The notes under the pieces are model-generated. The model saw only the letters and a program-made list of their open reading frames with translations, was not told the DNA's origin and ran no database searches. The position numbers and the translations under genes are program-made. 64,000 nucleotides of DNA from Harriotta raleighana (Eukaryota): assembly GCA_050575255.1 (NCBI GenBank), contig JBNZDD010013732.1, forward strand, positions 21,338,244-21,402,243. Reading direction: 5' to 3'. Shown one piece after another: positions 14,973-28,500 of this stretch. Position 1 is the first letter of the stretch. Every line of letters starts with the position of its first letter.

Positions 14973-15308
14973 TTTGAAAAGTCACAGAGCTCAGTGGTTA
15001 GAGCACTCACCTTACGTGCCTTACAAGCATGAGACCTGTGTTCGAATCCAGGCAGATCAGGGCGAAACCTTGGGCAAGTTTCCTTACTCCACATGCCTAT
15101 TAATAATCCCTCAAAAAAAAACATAATAATAAAATTGGTCATTTTCAATCCACGACTGTTTGTGGGACACTGCTGTGCGCAATTGGCTGCCGCGTTCCGC
15201 CCACAAATATACAGTCAATTCACTTTACAGTATATTCTGTGAAGCACTTTGGGACGTTGATAAGATGTGAAAAGCGCTATATCAAATGCAAGGATTATTA
15301 TTATTATA
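14973..15308 (+). mobile_element. Near full-length tRNA-derived Deu-type SINE
   Basis: A-box-like agctcagtggttagagc, B-box gttcgaatcc at 15040-15049, Deu-like core and (ATT)n tail. Confidence 0.93.
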
Positions 15309-15476
15309 GATAGGATGGGGTAAAACTATGGAGGAATTTAAAAGCGAGGAAGATCTTAAACTTGATCCCTGGGGGGATGGGGAGCCAATGGAGCTTGGTG
15401 AAGATGGGGGTGATAGGCTCACGGGGCCTAATGTGATAGAAGACAAGAGCTGCAAAGTTTTGGATGGTATAGAGAA
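15309..15476 (-). pseudogene. L2 LINE ORF2 C-terminal fragment
   Basis: Translates IQNFAALV...EPITPIFTKLHWLPIPPGIKFKI, the typical L2 'QNxAA...ITPxLxxLHWLP...IxFK' signature. Confidence 0.85.
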
Positions 15477-15984
15477 TGTTGCATTCATTAATTAACATTT
15501 CATTGAATTGTATTTAAAAATACATAATTGCCAGGTTAAAACACTAAAGGAGAATTTGTTGAGTATTGCTTAAAAATGTAATAACTCTGCTATGAACAAC
15601 ATAGTGCATTGGAGCATGAATGTGCTTTGATAAAGACGTGTGCTAATTGAGTGTTCAACCCAACAGCATGGAGACAGATTGTACTCCAAATGTACAGATT
15701 TCCAACAGGACTCCTCTATGAGGAAATCAAATGCGGACCTTCTTCTGTGTAACCAAAAGCCACAGAAACACTGCTCGGAAAGTAGGTTTTGTCAGAGCTG
15801 AGTGTCTGCAGCTTGGCATGACGGATCTCTGGTTTTCTTATTGAAGACTCCTGCCACATGTTAAACCTCTGCTTGTTTCTGAATCTATGCTCTGTTGTGG
15901 GGAAGTTGGGAGCGGAAACCAGGTATTTCATCGCAGGGAATGAAAAAATGGGGTATTATACATCAATAGATCTCACTCCTTTCA

Positions 15985-16205
15985 ATCGTTGGTTTTAGAT
16001 CAGGAACTCTCCCCTAACCTCCAGAATTTCCACCCTCTACCAATCTGGTTTGCCCCTTCAGGTCCCGCATCAAATTCTATCTCTTTAAAGGTACTTAAGG
16101 CCATTTCCCTCTCCTTCTGTTCCTCTCCCTTTCCAACCTCCGTTCCTGAAAAGTGCTCAAAGACTTTACCATATGTGATGGTCGCAATATAAATGCAAGT
16201 TGTTA
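15985..16205 (+). mobile_element. Degenerate L2 3' end
   Basis: Pyrimidine-rich body ending gtgatggtcgcaatataaatgcaagttgtt. Confidence 0.55.
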
Positions 16206-18044
16206 CTGTAGTTGGGAGACCTGCAACCAGGTTGAAGAGTGTGGGAATGTTATTTTTAAAACACAGTCATCCAATGTAACTGAATCTTCTACAATACCCA
16301 AAAAAACAAAAACAGCAATATTCTCTGCTTGTAAAACATCCGTAATTTGGTTTTCATTTCACATGTGCTGAAAACATGGTAGGCAATCTGATCTATGGGA
16401 CTAGACTGCCTCTAAATAACTCGGCTTGATGGGCAGATTTTGTGACCTATAAACCAGTTGATCAATCCGTGGTTGACTGCATCATCTGAAACCTTTGAAT
16501 AGATTACTGCCTTGTAATACAATTACAGGCAGGCATTATCCTTTATTTGATTTACTTACTGCTGAAACGAAAAGCATCTCCTGCTTTCTACAAATGCATC
16601 AATGACAGGGTTTGCACGTTCAAGAATGAGCAGCCAACTGCTTTTAATCAGAGGTTTGCCTGCAGTCCAGGAATGGAGACAAGCTGGCGAGGCCTGATGA
16701 GGGAGCTCGGAGACTGATATCAAAATCATCAGTTTGTACTGAACTCAATAACCCAAACAGCCTCCATTTCCACAAGCACCATCCTGCCTTTTGTTCTGAC
16801 AGAGATAAGATGTATAAATTATGAGTGGTTGAGAAAGTATACTCCGGTGCCCGAGGCAGCTCATCAATCATTTTCAGCATGTCGGCAGGTAACTGATGTG
16901 GCCCCTGCAGGCACTTCCCATTCAGGTAAGAGGCAAAGAATAAAAGCATTGCCAAAGGACAAACACAGCAGCAGAGCTTTATTTAAGATTTTTTTTACTT
17001 GGAAGTTGTTTATCTTAAGATATCCGCGGTTTTCCCAAACTTGCTTCTCTTGGATTTGGAGGGCTGCACAGCTCATCGGTACTAAACAATAATTGCTGTC
17101 ATAGATGAAACACAGCTCTAGAGACCACCCATTGACTGGTTTGTGTAAGGTGGGGCGGAGCTAGTCTCTTGTTCTTCTGTCTCCAGTCAACTTCAAAGGC
17201 CCCCAAGTGTCATTGGATTCCCTTAAATTATTGCAGGCTTTGGCCAAACTACACTGGGTCTCAACACACACAAATTAAAAATACTCCAATTACTGCCTAC
17301 AGATCATTCCCGATCTTTCCGATTCTGGATCTGTGCCAGAGCTTTCAATGTTCTTTGCTTTTCCCAAACAGAAACCTGAAGCAAATTAGTTTACCGAGTG
17401 TGAGACTGACATTGTGGATAGACTGATCTCTTTACTTTAGTCACTTGTTCAGTGTAATTAGATTGGGGTGGTGGGGGAGTTTGAAGAAGTGCTGGTGTAA
17501 GCTGACAGTTCAGCTGAGCTTTTAATGTGTCAAGATCAGGTTGGGTCTTACTGATCAGCAGGTCACCCACCAGAAGAAAGATCCTTCAGTGTCAAAGGGC
17601 TCCGACCGAGATGTGACAACGTGATTGTTTTCACCTCCAATACAAATAAGGGAAAAAAAAGTAATCTCTTTAAAAGCTTTAACTCGCAATAGGCCAATTG
17701 CCAGACATCTTACATATTTGACACAGCTGTTGCTGTATTAATTAAACATTGTGCTTTGTACTAGTTTCATAAGAGACTACTTGATTGCAATTAATATTCT
17801 TTCACCAGCCATGAGAAAATGGTTAATGTTTTTACTGTAATTACAATGATATACCTATCATGATGAAAAAAAGTGTTGACGCTTTAATACTACCAAGGAG
17901 AACAGATTAGCAACTGCACCATGAATACTTTGTTCCTCACAGATGTTTCAGGCAAATTTTATTTCCCCCACCCCAGAGGTGAAACACGAACCCAGACCTA
18001 AGAGCAGAAGTCTGTTCACTGAAGATCTGCTGGATCATCACCAT

Positions 18045-18300
18045 GCAGAACCAAGCAATTTAGACAAGGGAGGTCACAGGTTTGAATTCCAATCTGTTGC
18101 TGGGTTAGCTAATTTCAGACAGAGTAACAATTGAAGCGTCATGATTCACATCAGCCCCCCCCACTTATGTTAGGAAGGTAAAAAATCAACCATTGCTCCC
18201 ACCTCCGATCACTACCCAAAGTTTTCTGTTAGACGATATCCATATGTAGATATCCAGTCAAGAAAAAGATCAGGCGCAGGTTTGGTGTCCACGCAGTTGA
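18045..18300 (+). mobile_element. Ancient SINE remnant
   Basis: ggaggtcacaggtttgaattccaatctgttgctgggttagctaatttcag; similar to the reverse complement of 54820-54890. Confidence 0.5.
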
Positions 18301-18849
18301 ATTGTCTGCTGAGATTCACTGTTGAAGCTTGTAATTTGAACAATGGCTGCTTAGGTGTGGGATTGGAATCATACAAAAGTAGATGAAAGAAGATTCAAAT
18401 GCCTTCACAATGGGAATTAAGCAAAAATTAATGGTCATATAATAATCCCTATCCTTAAAAGTTTGATTAATGCACCAATATGCCTCCACAATCACTGGGT
18501 TGTGTTGTATTACACACAAGCAGAGGATTTCACTCAGCAAAGTAGCAATAAATTTCATAATCAGGAAAATCATTCTATTTTATCATCTTGGACCTTATGC
18601 AATTCTATTGCTTCATTGGAATAAACGTTCCTTGAATGCTTACATAAAACAAATTCCCCCTATAGTTCTCCGACTGATGCTTTCACTCAGTTGACACTTC
18701 CTCCACTGTGAAGATATTATAAAGCAACTCACGGGACTCTTTCATCTCTTTCATTCATGTTTCTTGAAGCTCATGACAGAACCATTGCCCTATCAGGTGG
18801 TTTTCGAAGGGATAAAGCCTCTATTGCCATAATCCCAGTAATCTGTCTA

Positions 18850-19083
18850 TTAAAGGTCCTGGGGTAGTATTCAAAAAGAGAAGGGAGTTTCTCTCAAGTG
18901 TCCTGGCCAACAATCCTCCAGGCAAAATGAGTCATAACTTCATGGCTGGTTGTGAGATGTTGAAGTGTGCAAATTGTTGTTTACCTACAAATACAGTACA
19001 CAGTACATCCTTTATAAAAATCTCTGAAGAACTTTAAGATGTTCTCAACAATAATAGGCACTATATTAAATGCAAGGATTATT
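18850..19083 (+). mobile_element. Old Deu-type SINE remnant
   Basis: gtgtcctggccaacaatcctc...gtgtgcaaattg...aaatgcaaggattatt. Confidence 0.65.
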
Positions 19084-20644
19084 CTTAGTTTGGTTGAGAA
19101 AGAGCGAAGCTAGTGAACTGGAATAACAACAACAAAATTACATTTGTAAAGCGCCTTTAATATTAAATTTGTTGTTGTTGTAAATAGTAATGCTCCTTTC
19201 TTGTCATTCAAAGCCTGTGAGTTAATGTCAGGTTTAAAATTCAGTGCACATTTCTTGCTCAGAAATATAACATTTTACCACTGTCAAATGTAGTGACTGT
19301 ATATTTGTAAGCAAATGTAGGAGCACATTTGCTCCAAGCAAGTTCCACTAATAACCAAAAAGTAAATAACCAATGTATCTAGAGGATTGTTGGCGAAGAC
19401 ATAAAGAGAAACTCCTTTCTTTGTTTTTGTAGTACTGTACCTTTCCCTACCCCATCCTTCCACCGTTCCTAGCTGTGTGTTACGGTCAGCTCTGTGAAGT
19501 GCTTTGATACACCCCCGATATGAAAGGCGATGATTAAATATAAAACTGCTGTTATTCTTTGGATGAGGGAGTGCTTTGTTCAATGGATACTTGGGAATGT
19601 TATGATTATGTTAATTTAAAGATCATTATATCGCTGACAGTGGGATGTGGATTATATTTTGTTTCTCTCAAATCAACTGCTGTTAGTCCTGTGAGGTTGC
19701 TCTTGCCTCATTCCAGATACAGCTATCCACACACTTGAAAATTCCCTTTACAAGAGGAAATTTTCAATTCACAGGTTATTTCAAATGCCGAATGAATTAT
19801 TGAGCTGCTGTAAATATACCGTTTCATGACTCCATACAAAGAGAAATTGAAATGCATTGCCAAATTTACTGTCAATCATTGCACAGAAACAAACACTGCT
19901 GCAGTACAACCTCATAAAGCAGCAATTGGAAAGGTTAAAGCAACTCAGTTTGCAATGTTGTAACTCTGATAAATTACATGTGATAACATCCTTTTATCAA
20001 AACAGAATCTATCAGAATTCCTTTTTACCTAAGAGCATCGTAACAGTGAAACAGCTCGACACCAACCACTTAAATTGTTAGAAAAAGGAGCACTTCATCT
20101 TATTGAAAGGAACAGGAATATTCATTATTTTACCACAAATAAAATCCTTGGTCATGTCTCCTGAATCACGCGTTACTCCAATGTAATGTGAATCCAGTTT
20201 ATAACTTTGCATTCTTTGGCTCCTCACTTAAAACAAAAACTTTCAAGCTATTTGTCATAGGTGCATTTCTTTTTTTTCCACAAATTAATGTTGTCAAATT
20301 ATTTTGCTAATTTTCTCCACAATGGAATAAGTTGATTCTGCTTGTTGTTGAACAAGTTGCCCACTCATTCCGCCCAAGTGGCCGTTGTTCTTGTATGAAC
20401 CTTGGCAGAGTGTCGGCAGGTCATTAGATTCTTGAAGGTATCACACCTGAGTCTGACCTCTTCACAACTGCTGTCACTATTAGAGGGTGCTTTAGAGGGA
20501 CCTCAGAAGTCTAGGGCCAATTTTATTTCCTATTCAACCCCAGCCGAAACCAGCAAAAATCAGCATGGGGGAATTCAAACTAGTATATTCCTGGATGTTC
20601 CATTCACACTATTGGAGCTGCCCTACACACATTTCTGAGTTATA

Positions 20645-21286
20645 CAGTAAAACCCCATTTATCTAGCACCCATGGGACCTGGACAGTGGCGGTTAAATGG
20701 TTTTCCGGTTGAACGGATTTTTAAAAATGTTTTTAAAAAATTTAAAATTAAATATTCTTTTAACATACCATATTAATAACAGGCTAAATAATAACAGATA
20801 ATAACACTATTGTATGGATATTTATTGTAAATGTTGTACCCTGTACCATATAAATAATACAGTAAATACAGTAATGACTGATACCATAATAACAGAATAT
20901 TGTATGGCTATTTTATTGTAAATGTTAATACTATATAAATAATAGACCAAATGCAGTAATAACAGATACTATAATAACAGAATATTGTATTAGTACTTTA
21001 TTATTTATACTTAACTTTGCAGCATTGAGGAGAAATCAAAACGGCAAAATGGCGACTTTTAATAAAAAACGGCAGACATTTCAATGGAGCAGGAGCGAAT
21101 TTAGACGCGATTAGCGGCCAGCAGAGTACCTCCACCAATAATCGCGTGCCACAATCGATTCATTAAATGCATCATCACTATTTTGCAGGATAACTTCCGA
21201 TTTATCGAATTGGGACTTTTTTTTTCGAGGTTCCAGTTCAAAGGGTTTTCCGGTTCACCGAGTCACGGATAAACAAGGTTTTACTG
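20645..21286 (+). mobile_element. Non-autonomous Tc1/mariner-type (Tigger/pogo-like) MITE, copy 1
   Basis: Termini TA|CAGTAAAACCCCATTTATC and GATAAACAAGGTTTTACTG|TA; AT-rich internal repeats (aataacag...attgta). Confidence 0.88.
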
Positions 21287-21600
21287 TAATAATAATAATG
21301 CTTGCATTTGATATAGTGCTTTTTACGCCTTCCAGACGTCTTAAAGTGCTTCACAGAATATACTGTGAAGTGAATTAACTGTATATTTTGTAGGAGAAAC
21401 GCAGCAGCCAATTGAGTACAGAAGTGTCCCACAAACAATCATGAATGAAGTGACCAAATCATTTTGTTTTTTGGAGGGGTTATTATCAGGCATGTGGAGT
21501 AAGAAAACTTGTCCAAGGTTTTTTATTGCCTGGAATCCAACCCAGGTCTCTCGCTTACCAGAGGAGTGCTCTAACCACTGAGCTACAGGACTGCTACATT
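21287..21600 (-). mobile_element. Near full-length Deu-type SINE
   Basis: Reverse complement of the 14973 family, with head ctctaaccactgagctacagga. Its tail abuts the MITE. Confidence 0.92.
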
Positions 21601-24600
21601 GGATGATATCAGGAATAGGCACAGACAGATGAAAAATATTCTCACAGGGCAATCATTTATGTGCTGCTGGGCTTGGTTGGGAAGAGGAAGTATGTGTGGA
21701 GAGAGGAGGCTGGGGTTGAATAGTGATGATGGATGAATAGTTAACACTTTTTGCTCGATTAATTTTGGAAATCAGGGAGCATCTGTGCAGCACTTTTTAC
21801 CAGGACATAGAATGGATGTTGAGTTGAAATCCATAATCAGGTTAGATTTACTTGGTTTTTGGAGAAGGAATGCACTTGATTAACTAAATGCCCTTTACTC
21901 ATTCTATGTGTTCTTTTGTTTACGCAATTCTACCATTGCTGCATTTTTGCTGTAGTTAAGTGTGACAAATGGAAATATAGTTTATGTATCTGGCTTTATG
22001 GTACTATCCCAGAAACAAACTGGAATTTCAGTGATCCCTGAAAGAGTATAAGCTATCTTGAATTTTGCAATTGAGAGTGTGTTTCTGACAACAATATTTC
22101 CAGAGGAATGCAGCAGAAGATATGATGAGATCAACATTCAGGAATGAAGTCACCAGAACAGCTAGTTCATTAAGATGATTTTCTTGCTCAGCACTGCATG
22201 GAAACAAATCAAGCTGCTATTAACATCTGCAACATACTTTTGTTATCACTTATGGGACTGTAAGACAAGTGAGCAATTATAGAAGACAGCAAATACTAAC
22301 GCTTAAGCATATTTGACTGTTTAATGTCATCCGCTGAAACAATGACAGGATTTCCCACATAAAGTACTGGTTTTGTGTATGTAATGGTGCATGTGCACCT
22401 CTCTCCCTCTCAGTCATTGTCTGCAGGAAAAGTGGGCTAATTTCTGGTTTTGTTGAGTTTAAATGTGGATGGCAGATTGTGCAAAGCATATGTACGCCAC
22501 TTAAAACAAAGGGGAAAACAAGGTCTGGGTTTGATTCCTGATATTTTGCTGATGTGTTTCATCCCATATTATTCTTTTGCCTCCACTCATCAGGAATTCT
22601 GGATGCTATCCAAGAGCTGTTCCAGGTATCGATTCTTCACATGTGTGCTTTGATAGTAATTTTCAACTGATTATCTATACATCATCACAGCAGACTCTAA
22701 ACCTAATGTCCAAACTACATAAACTCAATGCAATGATTCATTATTATTATTATTATTAATACTAGTAATAATAATAATCCTTCCATTTGATGTAGCTCCT
22801 GTCTCAATGGGAGGACATCTCAAAGCACTTGGCAGGATTCACTCACTGTGAAGTGTAGTGACTGTATTGTGTATGTGAGCACGTCAGTCAATTTTGCACC
22901 CAATACTGTCCTACAAACTGATAAAGTAGCTATGTGTGCGGCAGGCAGTACAGAGAAATGAATAGAGAATTTTATCTGTTGGCCAGGACACTGGGAAAAA
23001 CTCAATTTTTGTTTTCAAACAGAGGCATGAGATTGTGAGTTCTAAATTCCATTGTACAGTAGGAATATTTGGCGAACATTTGATTCAAAGTAAGATACAA
23101 TGTTATACAACAGATGAGCCAGTTTTGATAACATTGGAATCTGACAGTAATACAGCATGAACCTGCAGTTTGCTTGAACACAGCTATTATTTCATACAAG
23201 ATATTAAACCTTTGCTTTCTGACAATTAGTTGCACCCCTTTCACAAGGAGCCCATTGCAATGTTTTTCTGAAGGCATTTCTACATTATGTGACAAGAACA
23301 GTTACGATGGGAATCCCTCAACTGTATCACATCATGTGACAGTGCGGTGATACAGGAGCATTTGTGTTCATGAAACGCTGGGTGAATGACATAATCTCTA
23401 ATATGTTATAATAAACTAAACTATCTTCTATCTTGTCTCTTAGATACAGACCATTACAAAACTTCTAAAGAATTGCATAAATTTAGAATCCTGGTATTGG
23501 AGGGAAAATCAATGCACATTGAAATGATACTTACAAAATATATAGCACGGGAAAGGTTTTACTATCCTATTATGTGAAAAAGAAAGGATTTCATGGTATT
23601 TGCTCTTATATCAACACCATACTCCAACTACATAATTGCCAGCACATTTTTAACAAGTTCAGACTTCTACTTTTCTCCATCAAATTAGAGATTAGTAGAT
23701 CAAGGGCAGGAAAAGAGGCAGCAATAAGAACAACTATAAGTGTTATATGTGGGTGGCAAAGCTGCTTTATCTTGTGCAAATCATCCTCAGCAACTGTGGT
23801 GTAAAGAGTGCAAAGTGAAACATATAAACACTTGCATGTGATCACTATCTCTGTACTGTCTGCCGCACACATAGCTACTTTATCAGGTGATCAGAGAGAT
23901 AATATTCAGTCACCTCGGGCAATTGCATTGATTAAAGAGAAGCTTTGCTAATGAATGGGTTATTATGAGCGAGTAAAATGTCTGGATAAACTAATACCTC
24001 ACTACTGGTAAACTTTCTCCACAAGTCAGCATCAAAACCGCAATAGTTCTTGACAGAGTGGGAAGAAATACAGATCATTGAGAGTGCGTTATTGTAGAGA
24101 AGTCTTCTATTGTGCACGTTCACCAAATTATATTTATCCAGGCCTTCAACATTTATTTTGAACAAAGATTTTTTTAAATGAAGAAAAAAGCATTAATGTA
24201 TTCTATTACACCTTAGTTGCAACTGGCAGGGACTTAGTGCAATTGGGATCAAAAGGAATTATGACATTGCCTCTTATTTTCTCATTTATTCATCTCATAT
24301 GCTGGTGTGGCAGCATGTGTTCCCATCAGTGTTTTCTGAACCTCAAAAGCACAAAACCTCAAGCCCCTAATGTATTGAAATCAGTGCTGACCTGCCATTT
24401 ACACTACCAGAGCACCAGACGCTATAGCTGCTTGTCATCCTGCCTATTAACTTGACGTCTTTATTCACAGGCCATCTGCAACAGTGAGAGATATAACTAA
24501 TGTCTTCCATACAACAAGGTGGCAAAAGACAGAGCGCAGTGTACAGTCGACCTTTGGGATTCTCAAAGATCCTAACCACCAGACATGAAAATCAATCCTC

Positions 24601-27498
24601 GCCACTGGCATTAATTAAAATAAACTAAAGGGCAGAATAAGATAAAATGTACATTCTGTCACATTGAAGGTTTCTGAAGAACCTTACAAGCATTTTGCTC
24701 TGTATTACTAAGCTTTGGTTCTTACTAGAATTCTTGATTTGTTTTTTTTTTAGTCTCATCGAATCTTTCCATGGGTGTCTGAAACCCCACATGCTTCAAT
24801 GTTATAAAATAAAAAAATGACAATTTTTCCTCTATTCTCCCCTAAATGTGCTGACTCTTTACTGAGACTTCAATGGATATGCACAACTGTCGTCTCCTAT
24901 GGAACTCAAATTGTGAACCACAGAAACAAATGTAAATCAAGCACAAAATGTCTGCCAGTATACCAGTACGTTGTAACACCAGTGGAATGGTGGGGGAAAT
25001 TTGTACCCATGGCTACTTTATGTACACAGTCTGTTATGTTCTCAAAAGCTCCTTCTATCATTTTGTCAGTACTCAAAAATACAGGACTCATCACCACTGT
25101 GCCAAATACTGGTGAAACTCAGGCTTTTTCTTGTGAATCTTCACAAATCATTTAACAGGATTCCTTGTTGAAACCTGTTTAATGGTATGAAGGCAAGGCA
25201 CTGCGTATCAGAGAGTAAGTCAAACAGAGAGATAGCACAAGGGAAAATCAACTGAAAAGGTACAAGATTAACAACCGGTAACTTTTATCTGTAGTGTATT
25301 CCACTCTAAACTTATATTATGTGCTCTAATCCAAATTACTTATATCAAAATTTTATTTCAAGTCTATTAAGAGGATAAATGTAAGAACCAGAAGAATATT
25401 TTAGATGTGATCTTCTCATAACATTGCATCTCATCTTTCAAATTGCACAATCCTACAATTTACAGTTGTTTCTATTATGTGTACAATCCACAGCTAAAGG
25501 TAATACAGTGTGACATGGATTTTTAGACTAATTCAAAGACTTGCTTTTGGTCCAGCATTTCAGTCATCTATTAAAGTTATTCAAAAGATTTCTGAGCAAA
25601 CATCATCCCACCTTGTTCATTTCCATTCTCGGTGATGCTTTGGAGCTAACGAAGGATTATATTGTGATCCACCATGTCTTAAAAAGAAGTATTTATAGAG
25701 CAAATTTCATCCACTGCAGCTAATATAGTTAACCTTGGCATCACCTATCCACTACTTCTTGACTAATCCAATTTTCCTTTTTATTTTTTACAACCTTGGT
25801 GGTGTCCTGACTGTGGGTCTTGGCCTTTCACCTCTATTTGTCAATAAATGCAACTCCAACTAATACATTAAATGGGATTTCTTTATGTCAAATGGATAGG
25901 TAACTGTTAACACAATCAATGGAGTACACAACTAAAGAGTGGTTCAAAGCAGGTCAACATCGAGTCTTATTTTAATGACAGATTGGAAGAATGTAGAAAC
26001 ATCTGAAAAGGGTCTGTAAGCATTCCAGTGGTAATCTTCAAAGTTTTTACAAGATTTAGAAGAACACGTGAAAATAGACCAAGGAAAAAAACACAAGAAA
26101 TATATTTACTTCTAATGACAAAGAGGGATTTAATGTACCCCTCCCATGATTAGTTGTATCTGACAGCTAGACACTCAAAATTACCAGTATTGCTAATGTT
26201 TGGACGCCACACACATTGAAACATTAACTGCAAGATCTGGTCACCTTGGCATTATAAAGAATAATTTAACCAAAATGGACAACTTTAATAATGGCCAATT
26301 CATAAATGAAACCAAGTAGGTAAATTCAGGATTATACTTCTCTAGTAAAGTGACGGAAAAGCAACCCACCACCTACACTGCCCCCCCACCTGTGCCGAAA
26401 GGTGTTGATCATTGTAAAATATTATAATAATACATTTTACTAGTATATCTTGTGGTTTTACACAGTAATTAATTGCCCTAAACTTTGAGATAAACGGGTA
26501 TATCATATGGCACGCTGATAAATCCTATAATTATCTACACTTTTCGATCATCAGGTAATATAATGCAGGCCATAAGAGCAAATCGTGACCCATTTTTGAG
26601 CCTTTATTTATTTTGTAAATGTAACTGGCGATCTAAAACTTTACTTCATATATAGTTTGAAATCAGAAAATGAATCCAAGAGGCAGATGAATAGAAAGCA
26701 GATCTAACAATTGCTTTTTTTTCCAACAGACCAGGCCGATTTAATCTTGCTAAGTATATAAAGTCAGCGAACAAGGCTCACAGCTTGTGATCATCCTATA
26801 ATGTGGGAAGGCTCAAGGCAATTGTGAACAATTAATACAATTGAAATTGCTGCATTTCAGAAACCTATTTAAACCCTTCAATCATACTTTGTGGATGTCC
26901 TAAACAGTGGAACTCTTAATATACACTTACAATCTTACAATCCAGCAATCGTGTCTAAAATAGTTTGTAAAATAGCCTGCCACAAAAATACTAATTTATT
27001 CTATTTTTTTCACGTGTCATAAACATGCTGAAATGTGTCTGGAAGAGAAAATGTAAATTTCACTCCTGAAGTGATAATTTTAGCAAATGCTTGTGATGCT
27101 AAGTTACAAATATATAAGGCAATTGAAGAAATATCCCCACAAGTTGTCCTTATTTCTTAACTAAAAAAGGAATCCTGTACTTGAAAATTTGTACACATGA
27201 CTCTGATTGCAGGTTACAAAACTACAATAGGATATAGTGCCTCAAGAAATTAGTTGAAGCAATCATTCTGGTAAATATTCAGTATTTCGTAGCACAGTAA
27301 ACATTTGTCTAAATAAATAAACACAGGAAGAGCCAAATACTAGATTTAACCCATCTTTCCACTGCATTATTTACTGCCTTCCTTTTAGCTTCATTGATAG
27401 CAAGTGAGCTCTTGGTTTCCAATGTACAGTACTATCCTCCAGGCAAATGCCATATATGTAAATGTTTCTGAATTACCTAACCTATATTTCTTAAAATA

Positions 27499-28116
27499 TA
27501 GTAAAAGCCCGTTTATCTGTGACCCGATGAATCGGAAGACCTGTATAACTGGCACGTCAAAAAAAAAAATCCCAATTCGATAAACCGGAAATTATCCAAC
27601 AGAATAGAGATGGCACATTTAATGAATCGATTGTCACACGTGAGTGCTGCACAGGTATGTCGGCTTGCCACTAGGGGAACCTGAAAATCACCCTGCTGTT
27701 TTATTTCCTCCCGTGGTGGCCGCCAATGCAGAAGTTATGTATGAAAAATAAAGTACTAATACAATATTGTGTTATTATCGTATCTGTTATTACTGTATTT
27801 AATTTATTATTTATATGGTACAGTGTACAACATTTACAAAAGTATCAATACAATATTCTATTATTACAGTATCTGTTATTACTGTATTTAGTCTTATTTA
27901 TATGGTTCAGTGTACAACATTTACAATAAAATACCCATACAATATTCTGTTATTATCTGTCATTATTTAGTTTATTATTAATATGGTATATGTTAAAAGA
28001 ATTGTTAATTTAATGTTATTATTTTTATTTTTATTTTTCAAAACTGTACATGCCGCCAAGCCATTTAACCGGCTCTGGCCAGGTCCCGTGGATGCCGGAT
28101 AAACAGGCTTTTACTG
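27499..28116 (-). mobile_element. Tc1/mariner-type MITE, copy 2 (opposite orientation)
   Basis: TA|TAGTAAAAGCCCGTTTATC...GATAAACAGGCTTTTACTG|TA; the interior is the reverse complement of copy 1. Confidence 0.88.
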
Positions 28117-28224
28117 TATTACTCTTTGGGTATATTTAAAGTAGTGATGAGCATTCTATCTTCTTCTGGTAGAACAATTGATTGTCTCACACTACAACTG
28201 AAGGGCAACAACCTAAAGCCTGCA

Positions 28225-28500
28225 AGAAAGCATTCGTAGAATGGAGTTTAAAATACTTGTCCTGGTCTTAAAATCCATTCATACCTATCTTTGCAACCTT
28301 TTATTGCCCGATGTTTCAGCCCACCCTTCCAATTCTAGTGTATTGTCCGCTCCTTACTTTCCACTATTGGTTGTCAAGACTTCAGTGACCGCGCCACAGA
28401 CCTTTGAAACTTGCCTTACTATCTCATTCCCAGTGAGAAATATGTGTCCCACAATATTGCCTGTGTTATATTCTCCTCTCCCAGTGTAAAGGGATTGGGG
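28225..28500 (+). pseudogene. Degenerate L2 ORF2 C-terminal fragment
   Basis: RMEFKILVLVLKSIH...YLCNLL resembles the L2 'RIxFKxLxLxxK' motif. Confidence 0.55.

Noticed and set aside
14981-15055. tRNA gene (also at about 21530-21590, 32030-32095 and 36090-36155)
   Set aside because: A and B boxes are present but run straight into the SINE body, with no complete cloverleaf or T-run terminator; these are SINE heads.
17570-17630. Second hammerhead-like or Penelope-like remnant
   Set aside because: The CUGANGA and GAAA core motifs are not intact.
20770-21010. CRISPR-like or satellite array of aataacag...attgta units
   Set aside because: Degenerate AT-rich repeats inside a eukaryotic MITE, with no fixed repeat-spacer structure and no cas genes.
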